Shown one piece after another: positions 1 through 12,289 of a DNA stretch of 64,000 nucleotides (position 1 is the first letter of the stretch; each line of letters begins with the position of its first letter). The DNA comes from Setoptus koraiensis (Eukaryota; Animalia; Arthropoda). The position numbers and the translations under genes were made by a program. The stretch spans positions 21,886,001-21,950,000 of the forward strand of contig CM106586.1 of assembly GCA_048013815.1 (NCBI GenBank). The letters run 5' to 3'. The notes beneath the pieces were generated by a model that did not search any database, had not been told where the DNA came from, and worked only from the letters and a program-made list of their open reading frames with translations.

Positions 1-2065
1 CCGGCTCACGGGCCGCTCGGCGGGCCGGCCAATGTCATGTAATATCGCGGCTCACGTCAGGGACAATGTCGCGCTAATGTCAGGGCTGCTGATAGCGCCA
101 GCGACATGGAATGTGCCGGCCCGAGCAACCCATAATGAGCGGCAAGAGCTCTGTTCGGGCAGTGTCCGGCCCACTCCGACGCATTCTCGGGCCGCTCATT
201 ATCGGGCGGATCGGGCGCGGCTAGCGACATGAGACGGCCGATATTGCCGGTAAGATGGCTGTGGCATGACGCTGCCCGGCGACGACACAAACACAATCAA
301 CAACAACAACAACAACCGAGAAAGATGTCGTGCCAAACAATAACAATCGAGCCGATGCACACAAGCAATACACGCCAATGGCCGGCCGATAGTCGCCGCT
401 GGCCGGCATATCATGCCGAGCCGGGCGAGACTAGAGACTGGACACTGAAGACTGGACACTGGACACTGGAGACGATGCGAATCATATCATCATTGTCAAC
501 AATGTCCACTGCCATTATCGTGGCACTCATCTCTGGCCATCGCTGGTCATTGTCGCAGTGTCGTGTCATGACGCAACAACACCCACCCCCGAGCCGGCGT
601 TGTTGTCGCTGTTGTTGTTGTCGCTGTCGCTGGCGTCGCAACAACAGCAACAGCAACAACAGAGACAGCGACAGCAACAACAGCGACAGCCTCGATAGCG
701 ACATCGGGGACAGCGCGCCGACGGCCAAGACGCCGATCAAGACGCATCACGGATGTGAACAACAACAACGACAACAGCAACAACAACGACAACGACAACA
801 ACGACGACGACCTGTTTGCGCAGGCTGCGTCAACCTGTTTGTGTGCGCCCGTCGTGGTCGCCGGTCAGTGTCGTCGCACACTGGACACAGGTTAGCATGG
901 TCAACATTGTCAGTTGACGTTGAGTGACATCATCGGCCGCATTCTTGCTTGTGTCATGCGCACACTGTTGCGACCGACCGACACACACACCGACCACCGC
1001 CATGGAATCTGGCGTGGATGTTCCCACTGTTCGGCTGCCCCCAATAGCCCGACGGGCGGACAGGCGGACAAGCGGACGGCCCGACAGCGCGACGGCCCGA
1101 CCGCCCGACAGCGGCACAATGGCGCGTCCGGCTATTTTGTCATCGTGGTCGCCAGGACGACGTCACATATAGACGGACGACGACAATTATGCGCCGTCTG
1201 TCGGTTGTCGCGGCACGACAAGTCGCACACTGGCCGCTGGCGGCCTCAATTCGGCACTGCAAATTCAAATTCCGACGGCACATTCTTCGGCTGTCAATAT
1301 CATTTACGCGCACGCACAGCCTCTCGAGAATCCCTTTCTTTCGGCGAGCGGCCAGCGGCGAGACTCTGGCGAAACGGCCGGCGAAATTCTCGCCGACGCT
1401 TGCTTTCTTTTCTGGCCGAGCGCCGCATCGCTACATTGTCGCTGCTCGGTCGCCCGGTCGCTCGGTCGCTGCGACTGGCCGGCCGGCCGGCCAATTTGCA
1501 CAATACGCCGCCGCCAATACAATTGACGTCCAGTGCCCACCGGCAGCCATTTTATTTGGCCGGCTCATGCAACGACGCAACGCCAATGCAGCGTCTAATG
1601 TCCAGTTGTGTCCAGTGTCGTCGCCGTTCGAGAGCCGCTTGTGTCCAGTTGTGTCCAGTTGCGTCCAGTTGTGTCCAGTTGCGTCCAGTTGCGCAATGAC
1701 AACAACAATCGCTAATGTTGTTTTCGTGTCGCAGCAATCACAGCGGCGCAGTCTATATTTACTCGCTGCAACGACGAGACGAGACCAGATGATTTAATAG
1801 TGCATGCGACGATTTGTTGTCGCCGGACTCTCTTGTCCTGTGTCATCTTGCGTCATCTTGTCATTATGTGCGGCCCACAGCACACGACAAACGTCGACTG
1901 GGTGAGAGAGGAGCCAATGACACTTTGACAGAGAGCGCTCGCCCGGCCAAATCGGCCCATCGGCCGATCAGCTGACCAATTGAGCACGACGGCGATCACC
2001 GAGTCAACCTTGAATAGCTGACAGCGGCACGGCGCGCCTGACAGCGCGATCACAGTGGACACTGC

Positions 2066-2090
2066 ACAACAGCAACAACGGCAACAACGA

Positions 2091-2154
<64 letters not shown>

Positions 2155-2196
2155 GACGACAACAGCAACGACGACAACGGCAACCACGCCACAACA
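2066..2196 (+). repeat. (CAACAG)n microsatellite within a CAA/CGA triplet tract
   Basis: About 10 perfect hexamers at 2,091-2,153. Confidence 0.95.
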
Positions 2197-2968
2197 AACC
2201 TGTGTGTGGCTAATGACGACCAACAGGGGGCCGCTGACCGGAAACGGGGCGCGGGCCGTCAGGTGCGCGCGTTATGGGCACATGAGCGATTGACTTTGCA
2301 TACTTTGATTTATACATGACGGCGATAATCTCGAGTGGACACACGCACAGAGATTATTATCAGATCGATCGGACGGTGAGTTGCGCATGCGACGGTATCA
2401 TACGATGGCACCATGTCGATGATAAACGACAGTGACACAAAGTGATGATGGCACCACCAATAATCACCTGTTGTGCGCTTGTCAAGCCACCACTGGCCGC
2501 GACCGGCCGCCGCTGACCACAACCGGCCGCCACTGGCCACGGACACATGAAATATGGACGGCGCAAAGCGAGCCACATTGACAAGTGACCAATATGGCGT
2601 GGCTCGGGCATATATTACGCCGCGGGGATTGCGCCGGCGTCGCACGCTCGCGCCTCCAGTCTCGCAAGCCGGCATCGCAAGCTGACATCGCAAGCCAATA
2701 TCGCAAGCTGATATTAGCGGCGACAAGCCGCGTCGGTTGGCGCGACCGTGAGTGCGCCGGGCGGATGTCGCAGTGACATCGCGCGCACGCCCGGCCAGCC
2801 CGAGCTGGCGGCCGGGGACGGCGCTGACACTCGCGCGAGCGGCCCGAGCTCGGCCGGCAGCGACACTCGCCGGGCCCGCGGCCGGCCCGTCGGCGAACGC
2901 ACGGCAGCCTCGCACACACGACAGAGCGACCCGTGCGGACGCGAGCGACGGCGTCTGGCGGGCGAGCG

Positions 2969-2992
2969 CAAACTTAATCTAGATTAAGTTTG
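2969..2992. repeat. Perfect 24-bp palindrome CAAACTTAATCTAGATTAAGTTTG
   Basis: Read directly; it contains inverted TAATCT/AGATTA homeodomain-type half sites. Confidence 0.9.
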
Positions 2993-5900
2993 AGATTACC
3001 AGCGACGGTCGGTTAGCTAATCTGTTACTGCGGTTGCTGGTGCCCGCGTGACATTGAACAGGGTCGCGCGGTGGCTAATCTGGTGCGCGCACGGCCGATC
3101 GGCCGGCCAGACGATGTGATCGATCGAGCAAACACGGTCTCTGGAACGCTTCTCGGGTCGCTTCTCGGGTCGCTTGTCGGGTCGCCTCTCGGGACGGCAG
3201 CGCGGCCATCGCTGGCGCGTCTGAAGCGCGGACCAGCGACGCACGGGGCGGCCCGAAGTGGAGCGAGATTTGAGCCAGAGCACACACTCTTGCGCGATAA
3301 TGAGCGATATGTTGCATAATAGTGGCCATGGCACCGATAATGACAACACGACCAGCGATGGCCTTCGGCCAGCGGCCAGCGAACGAGCGATGCGGCCGCT
3401 GGCGCAACGTTCGCGGCGGCAGCGGCGCAACGTTCGGGCCGGTGGCGCAACGTTCGGTCGGGTGGCGCAAGTGGCTTGCCGGCGGCCGGCCCGTCGGCGC
3501 CAACCGCCGACTGTGCACATAAAACGAAAGTGCGCTGTTGCTCGTGTTCACACAGTGTCCGCGCCGGGCGATATCGCGGCCGCGGCTGGACACGCCGGGC
3601 ATAAATGTAAATATCCATATAAAGCAGAGAGTAATGGCTTGTCGCTTGTAATCGGCGCTCGTTTGTGCCAGTTGTTTATATATCTGGCCGGTTGTTTGTG
3701 TGATATCACACGCAAACAACAACGATTATCAACAACACGCGCGCGTCATATTACACGATTTGTAATGCGCTCGCATCGCGGCCGGCCGCTGTCCAGTGGT
3801 CAGTCCGAGCCACGCTGACCACTCCTGCGCGGGGCCTCAAACAGACTCGACCCAGTCGAGTCCACCGACCAATTGTGCGAGTCAAGTGGACAACTGTGCG
3901 CTCATTCGCGATTTATGCGACAATAATAGGCGACTTTTATCTCCTCTTTCTCATGCCCCTCGTTCTCGGCGCAGCGCAACGATTGGGCAACCAGTGGCCA
4001 GACGCGCTACAAGTTGCGGCCACTGCGGCCACTGCGGCCACTTCGGCCGCTGCGAGCGTCTGTGAGCGGCTGTGAGAGTGGCGGCGAACTTGTCGCCCGT
4101 CTCGCAGTCACAATCGCGGTGGCAGTGGCGCTCGCAATCACGGTCGCGGCGCGTCCCGCAGAACGGCCGTGTGGCGGTGTGTCGCTGCCAGTGGCGGCCA
4201 GTTGTTGTTGTTTGACAATAAAAATCAAGACAAACACGACAAACATTGACACTGATGGCGCGCACAAACAACGCGAACGTGTTTTTTGTTTGATTCGCGC
4301 GTGTTGTCCGAGTTGCGGCCGAACGCTGGCCGGAGGGCGCATTCCACTGTCGCCGACAACTTGTGGAATACTCTCTGTGCAGGGCACACACTCGACTGGC
4401 ACTCTCGGCGCATAGTCTCGCGGCATGCACACCCCAGTAATGTGTTTATATTTATATGTGTGGGACCGCGACATGCGAGCCCCGTCTCACCTGTCGTTGT
4501 CGTTGTTGTCGTTGCTGTCGTTGCTGTCGTTGTTGGCACGACAACAACGACAGCAACGACAGCAACCACAACAACCTCAGCAACCCCAGGAAAGCAACAG
4601 CAACAGCAGCGCCAACAACCACGGCAACCGCCGGCCGGCGCATAATGTGGCGGCCATAAAAAGCCGATTACGAGCGACAAGGCGAGTGGCTGATTTGAAT
4701 CAATCCTACGCTCATTTTTGACACAATCGGCTGCTGCTGCTGCTGTTACGTAACCAGCCAGTTGTCGTATGAGGCTGCCGCTTATGACTTATAGTCGCGC
4801 CATGACATGCGCCTGTTAATGCGGCTGTCGCAGCCGCCAATTTATAGCGAGCGCCGGCCGGCACACAATTTATAATATAATAATGCCCGCCTGACAACGA
4901 CCACTGCAACAACGACAACCACCGAGCCAACAACCACCGAGCCAACAGCGACAACAACGACGGCAACGACAGCGACGGCAACGACAGCGACGGCAACGAC
5001 AGCCACGGCAACAACAGGCGCCGCATCACGCCGCCTAATAATAATACCCCAAAAAAGAGTCATGTCCAAACATGTAAAAACAATGAGACAGTCATAACTT
5101 CTATAATTAGATTGGCATGATTGGATTGTTTTAATGCAAGCAACTTTTTATGCTGAATAGCAGCAGCAGCAGCAGCAGCCGCACAATAATAATCATAATA
5201 ATAATATTATGTAATATCACACAGGTGCATTCGCGCAACTTGATAATCGCAGCATGCCCAAGCTGATGAATGGAATGTGGCCATGCAAACACAATTCACC
5301 TGATTTATACAATCCATGCGGCTCTCGTCGGTGGCTTGCAGCGAGCGATAACTCAGGATGCGCTCCTGTCGCTGTTGTTGCGACAACAACCGGTCAATAT
5401 AACACACGGCCGACGCAGCCCGACGTCCGGCGGCCCGACTGTCCGGCAGCCCGACTGTCCGACGGCCCGACTGTCTGACTGTCCGGCGGCTCGAGTGTCC
5501 GACAGGCCGACGGTCGCCCCAATCGTCGCCGAATTAAACAGATTGCGGCGCGCCGAACGCACGCCGACGGACGGCGTTGCGTATTGGATCCTAAAATCCT
5601 ATAATCTGCTTATGGCTCCTGCATGCAAATCGCGCCCGTTTGGTCTCGATAAAGTGGCCGGCAAAGTTTTTAATGGACTTGCGGCCTGATGCCCGAGCGG
5701 CAGCCGCACCGGCACCGGCGGCCAGCATCAATTTAATCAAGTCACCTCAGGTCGGACAGCAATAAAACGCTTTGGCGTACGGTACTGCCAAGGTACTGCC
5801 AAAGCGCCAAACTAAACAAGTGCTCACAACATTTGGCACACTTACTCAACGGCTAAACGACCGGATAAACTTGGTTCGTTTTTTCTTCTTCTTCATTTTA

Positions 5901-7757
5901 TCATTTGCGCACATTGCTCAAGCAAACAATTGTTGTTTGCTGTTGCTGTTAGTTAGCTCGATAGTTGAACGCAACAACTAATACATCACAACCGGACATG
6001 ACAACAAATATCGCTAATTTATTTGAACCCTCGCCAGCCCAATCTGCTTATCGTCGCCACCGGTCGCCCTGGCCGCCCGCTCGAATGGGCACACCGCCGC
6101 TGATTGAGCCAACAAATTGAGCCAATCTCACCTGTGCCCATTCAAATCAATGCTGCCGACAAGTTGTGTGACGCAACATGCCATATAACAACATGCTATT
6201 ATTATTATTACATAATATGCTTTGACATAATAACGCATTATGACGCAATGCGCTCGCAACGTCATCGGCCCCATACCGCTCGTTGGTGCAACCGGCCACA
6301 ACCGGCCGCAATAGTGGCTAGACGATAGTAATTGGAGCTGTTGGGGCCCGCGCGTCGCTTGCGCCACCTCTCGGTCGGCCCACCATCGGGCTCGGTGCTG
6401 TGTTGGTGCACGCTGGTGCTGTGTTTATGCACGCTGATGCTGTGTTGGTGCACGCTGGTGCACGCTGGTGCATGCTGGTGCATGCCGGTGCACATTTGCA
6501 GCAGCATGCAGCGGTGCCAGCGCACCGGTGGTGGCGTGGTCAGCGTGAGCACTGTCAATAGGTGCTGCTGGCAGATTGCCCACAGTGCCCACTTGTACTG
6601 TGCCGCGCAGGATGGTGCTGGTGGCGCAGAGCGCGCAAATGATCGCAGTGCTGTATGGCACAATGAGACGGCTCGATTATTTTCTATCGTGCGTCGCGTA
6701 ACTTTAAGCGAAATTATCTCGCTGTTGTGGTTGTTGTTGTCGTCGTTGTTGCTGCTGTTGTTGCTGTTGTTGCTGCGTGGTTGCTGCTGTTGTTGCGTGG
6801 TTGATGCGTGGTTGCGTGGTTGTTGCTGCGAGATTGCTGTTGCTGACTTGGCGACCACGACCGTGATGCAAAACACATGCACCACTGCAGCGGCGAATGC
6901 AGATGAAGCGTTCCTTGCACTTGTCCAGCAACAACAACCGCAACAACAACAACAGCTTTGGCAACAACAACAACAACTGCAACAACCGCAACAACAACAA
7001 CAGCTTTGGCAACAACAACAAGCGGCTGTGGTGTTTCGCGCCAAGTCAGCGCAGTCGTGTGCTGGCGATGCGATGCGTCGGCAACATGAAGATGCGCCGA
7101 TAATTGCAATCGTCTGTGCAGATCTGTGAATATAAATATGGGCCAATTATTATTATTTTTCCATTTTGCCCCCCTCCCCCCCCCCCGATCGCTCGGCGGC
7201 CGGCAGCGTCGCTGGCGCACGTTGAGGACTAAATCTGCGGGGCTGGGTCTTGTCGCTGCTGTCGCCGGCAATGTTGATGTTGGCCGGCGGCGTGGTTGCC
7301 GTCGCTGTTGTTGTTGTTGTCGCTGTTGTTGTTGTTGTTGTTGCTGCTGTTGTCGCTGTTGTTGCCGTAGATGCTGTTGCGGCTCGGAGCGGCGCGACCG
7401 CGACATTTGACAGCTCACTCGTTGCGCGGTGGCGCGCAGAGGGCGAAGAATCGATCATCGGGTGCCCAGATGCGGCCGGGCCGGGCCCGCAACAGGTAGC
7501 AGCGACGGTGATTGAGTCAATTTTTATTTTCATGCCCAGATTCACACGGCGCCACACTTAATTGACACACACACACACAACAGGGACAATTAAGCATTAT
7601 AGAGGCATTATTAGGCAGCGTTGCAGTGGCTGTTGGCTGGCAGCGCCACTCGATAATGTCAGTGGTCGTTGATTAAGTTGTTACATCATCAAGTAGCGTA
7701 GCCAGTGGCGTGCACAGGTGCCAATTTGTTTGCGTTATTTGCTCTGTTGGGCACATT

Positions 7758-7847
7758 GTGACTAGTTGTTGTGCAATTGCAACTAGTTGTGCGATGCCAA
7801 CTAGTTGTGCAATTGTGACTAGTTGTGCAATTGTGCAAACTAGTCAC
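7758..7847. repeat. Minisatellite built from palindromes (CAACTAGTTG, TGCAATTG) with inverted ends
   Basis: Begins GTGACTAGTT and ends AACTAGTCAC. Confidence 0.8.
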
Positions 7848-9109
7848 TAGCAACATAATGACGCGCCGACTCACCTGTGCCGGTCGCCCCCTCGCGTTCG
7901 ATTGTTGTGGCAAAAAGTGCAAAAATTTGCAAATCACACACACACGACAGATGAAAAATTCCTCATTTGACTGGCAATCATTTGAGTCAAATTTGTTACG
8001 AGCAGCCAGTCGAAAGGTCGAACGCCGATCGATCGAAGCCCGACAACAACACGCTGCACACACACACTGCAAACAAATCACGCCCGTCAGCTGTTACGGC
8101 GACAGGTGGCTGGTGGTGGCAGCCACTTAAGAGCCCCATCGATCGACTGGATCGATTGCGTGCATAATGAGCACACAGCGGCGACAATGCCAACAAACGA
8201 CGCGGCGACATAGCTGCAAATTGTCACGCGACCACTCACCTGTGCCTGGTGACGGCGGCGGGTGTCGCGCCACGCTGCGGCCAGGTAGCGCGATTTGTTG
8301 TGGCGGCACCAGAGCCTGGCAGCACAAATTATCGCGTTGCTCATCGCGCGTATACAAATTGAAGCGGCGTATACAATTCGAAGCGGCGTCTACAAATTGA
8401 AGCGGCGGCGGCGCAATGCCGCTTGTGCGGTGGCCGAGGTGCCAAGTGACCGTTGAGAGAGTGCAAAAACAACAAATTGTGTCAGCCGAAAAAGTGACAG
8501 CCGGCCCGCCGAGACCCGGCCAGCTGACTGACAAAGGTGAGCGCAAATGTCAGCGCAAATACCGGCGCGACTAGCAGCCAAAAGTCATCTGTTCTCAAAA
8601 AGTCATCATTTGACGCTGACACTGTACAACTTGTTGTTGTTGTTGCTGTTGTTGTTGTTGCTGTTGTTGTTCTCGTTCTCGAAATTATCTCCTGCGCTGC
8701 GTTGGCTTCTTTGTGTCGAGCTTTGTCGGTGCACAAAGCCAACACTGACATTGCGACTTGCACTGTTTAGGGAAGCGGGCGAGGAATTCGCGCCAGTTCG
8801 CCTAACAGGCGCAACTATTGCGCTGCATCGTAATGATTGTAATCGTCTATTAGTTAAAGATTATCACTTGTGTGTGTGCTAGTCAAATAGAGGACACAAA
8901 AATAAAGGAGCTTCTCGTAGCTTTGTTTGTTCTTGAATAAACACACATGACGACTACTTATTGAAGTATTCGGCGAATCAGGGCGCGAACCGGCCGCCGG
9001 CGGCCGAGGAACCTGCGCCTCGGCCATGCAAATCGCGCTTGCAACTGGCCGCCGCGAACCGCCGACTTGGAATCGCGAGCCTTCGACGGCCAACTGCGAG
9101 CCAACCTCG

Positions 9110-9203
9110 AATCGCCACTGGAATGGCGACGCTCTCGGCGCCGTCGATTCCAGTGGCGATTCCAGTGGCGATTCCAGTGGCGATTCCAGTGGCGATTCCA
9201 GTG
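9110..9203. repeat. 12-bp tandem array (ATTCCAGTGGCG, about 4.75 copies) preceded by one inverted copy
   Basis: 9,110-9,124 is the reverse complement of 9,147-9,161. Confidence 0.9.
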
Positions 9204-12012
9204 ACAGTGCGCCGTGGCGAGCCGCACAAGTGGCGCGGCCAGAACTGGCACAAGTCGACAAGAACACAAAAAACAACAGTGTGTGGTCGGAATGCCGCTG
9301 CCCACCAGAAGCCGGCGCATCGAGTGTCATTTTGCAATTATTGCTATTGAATAATACAAACTGTTTAATCAGTAACATACACACAATGAGCAAATAGTCG
9401 CAACTCGCCAGCGGGCCAGCCAACGTTCGACAGTGACATTCGGCCGTTCGAAACATCTTCAACTGGCCGCGGCGGACAGCTCAATTGTCGCTCACTTGTT
9501 GCCCGTTCGCGCCGCGAACGTTGGCGCAGTGGGCCGCCCAATGTCAATAGTGTCAATCAATTGCCTAGACTCACCTGCACTTGTGCTGCCTGTGCGTCGC
9601 TGTTTGTCGTCGTGCCAGACCCGTCGATGGGCAACCAGGTCAAATATTTGACTTTACGCTGCGCCTTGCGCAGCGCACCACAGATGACTTTTGATCATGC
9701 TGACCAATCTGACAATTCTGACCAGTCCGACCATTCTGACCAGTCCGACCATTCTGACCAGTCCGACAATTTTGTCCAGTTGCAGTTCGCAGCAATCGCG
9801 CCAAACATGACACCTAGTTGTCGGGCCGGCAACCAGCGCGCTCTGTGCCGAATGGGCACAAGAGGGCCGGCCGGCGGCACAGAGCGCCGGCCAAGGTCAG
9901 CGCAAACGGAGTGTGTGAAAGCGATAGCAACTCAATCACAAACGAAACCACGCTTGTCGCTATGGCAACGAGACGGCTAATTACAAAAAGAAGCAACAAT
10001 GATAATTATGATTAGTGGCGCAGCCGAACAATGTGCCCACAAGCGGCCGCGCGAAGCCATACGATTCCGACGGTGCGGCTCGGACGATGCCGCTCGGGCG
10101 ATGCCGCTCGGACGACGCGCAGAATTAGAGCAACGTTTGCGAGCCAAAGAATTTAATTTTAATCATAATAATCACCGACACTGTCCGGGCTCGCAGTGGC
10201 CGTCACACAAGCGACAGACGGATCGGCGTGCCGCTGCCGGCACACTAATGATAATCAACTGCCCATCGTGGATATATCATGCAGCCGATGCATTCCTGTG
10301 CTCAGGTGATCAGTATCATTTCGAGCATGATTGCAGCTCGGAATGAGAATTAGAATTTTAATTTCGATTCTCATTCTAATTCCAATTTTGCGTCATGATG
10401 CCGGCCATTCGCCAGTGACTTCAGGCCGCCTGATTCTGGCGAGATGCGCCTGTGACTGTGTCGCTCGCGCGCCAATCTCACAAGTTGCTGTTGTCAGCGG
10501 CCCGACCGAGCCGGCCGAGACTGTTATGCATTGTTGTTGCCGATTCGAACAGTTCGCAACCAGTCGTAATGAGCGACTCATTTTCGCGCCAATCGCAATC
10601 TCTCGGCGAACAATCTCGCGGCGAACAATCTCGCGGCGAACAATCTCTCGGCGAGAAGTTGTCGGTTTGTGTCGGACGAGCGACACACCGCAACCTCAAA
10701 GCGTCTAAGCGGCTCCGTTTCGCTTTGGTCGCCGACCTAACGATGCGCCAATACCAATAGATCAATTATTATCATTATGTTGCATGTATCGTAGGCACTG
10801 TCGGCACATTCAATTATTGCGGCATCGTCGAGCCTCGCAACACTGCAATCGGCCGTCCCGAGACTCGACCGCTCCGAGACTCGACCGTCCCGGGACGCGC
10901 AGACCCGAATCGCAATTTTCTGTTGGCCGGGCTCTAATTGGCGGCCTGCGAAAGAACGCCGAGAATGCCGCACCGGCACGTGAGAGGGCTGGCCGGCCCA
11001 CAAGCGATCGGTGGGCCCACATCGCGACCACTGTCCACTGTTTCGCTGCGCGCAGCGCTCGTCGCTTGTCCACTGTGGCGCGCAGCATTTTTGGCACAGA
11101 AATGTGACCAAAATACGGCGCCCAAAATAGGGCACCCGAGATAGGGCGCCCGAGATACGGTGCCCAAGATACGGTGCCCATTATACGGCGCACACAGGTA
11201 CGGTGGCAATTAGCGAGGGGCCATCAATTATTATCTCACAAAACCATCTAATGCCAAACAATGTGCGTATGAGACAGTAATTGGGCATGTCGATGACCAG
11301 TGGCCAGCGAGCGTGTGTTGAGAGCAGCCTAACGAGACGCAATGTGTCCCATGGTGACGCGACGTGTCCACTTGAAGTTGCTCGGGGCCTGGCTGCGCAG
11401 GCAACTGACTAGGCCAACTTTTAACAGTGTGCTGTGCGGATAAAATCATCATGCGCAGACTATAATTAGCGAGCAAACAGCATTAGCGAGTCAGTTCCCT
11501 GTTAATTGCACACTTGGCGGCACATTTCAGGTTCACTACCACTGACCGCTGCTGGTTGGCGTGCGGGTTTGTGTGCGGGTTGCCACTGGCCAGCTCGACT
11601 CGAGCTGCCCGAGCTGCTCGAGCTGTTCGAGCTGCTCGAGTGGCACGAAACGAGACAGCGACACGGACAGAGACGGAGAAATGGAAATTGAAATTCATAT
11701 CATCATTGATTGTCAGCGCCACTTGCGACCAGTGCGTGGCCAAGTGGCAGCCCGACAATGCAAACAAGGCCAGCATTTTATGCAAATTACGCTCTCGAAG
11801 TGCGCAATCACGGCGCGGACAAATTGTCGCGCACCCGAGGCCAGCCGCATTCCTGGCATAATCATTATGACCAATTATCCCCCTATCGTTGGCAATATAT
11901 TTTGCTGCCAACTCGCTGTCTATATAACCGCTGCCGATACACCGATCAGCCCGCAGTGAGCGTGGGACTGGCGCGCCAGCAGCGCAGAGCGTGAGCAACC
12001 GACACTATAAGT

Positions 12013-12140
12013 GGCACAGTGGTGGCGACACTCAACGCAAAGTCCTGCTCCTTGCGCGCTACGATGAGCGTATGCCGCCGTATGAGCCACAGTGACCATA
12101 AGGAGCAGGACTTTGCGTTGAGTGTCGCCACCACTGTGCC
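12013..12140. repeat. Perfect 41-bp inverted repeat with a 46-nt spacer
   Basis: 12,013-12,053 is the exact reverse complement of 12,100-12,140. Confidence 0.95.
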
Positions 12141-12248
12141 AATATCACTTGTGTCGCCAATCGCTGTGTGCCGATAATTGGCGCTCGCAGCGCCCCTCTG
12201 TCGGCAGCGAGCAATTATTGTTGTGAATTATCGCGGCCACATTTCATA

Positions 12249-12289
12249 CTCACACTCCGAGTCTCAGACTCTGAGTCTCGGAGTGTGAG
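12249..12289. repeat. Near-perfect palindrome/hairpin (13 bp, T/T mismatch, 5 bp, 3-nt loop)
   Basis: CTCACACTCCGAG T CTCAG ACT CTGAG T CTCGGAGTGTGAG. Confidence 0.9.

Noticed and set aside
5058-5077. p53-type element (two CATG cores 10 bp apart)
   Set aside because: Three mismatches to consensus, single occurrence, no other support.
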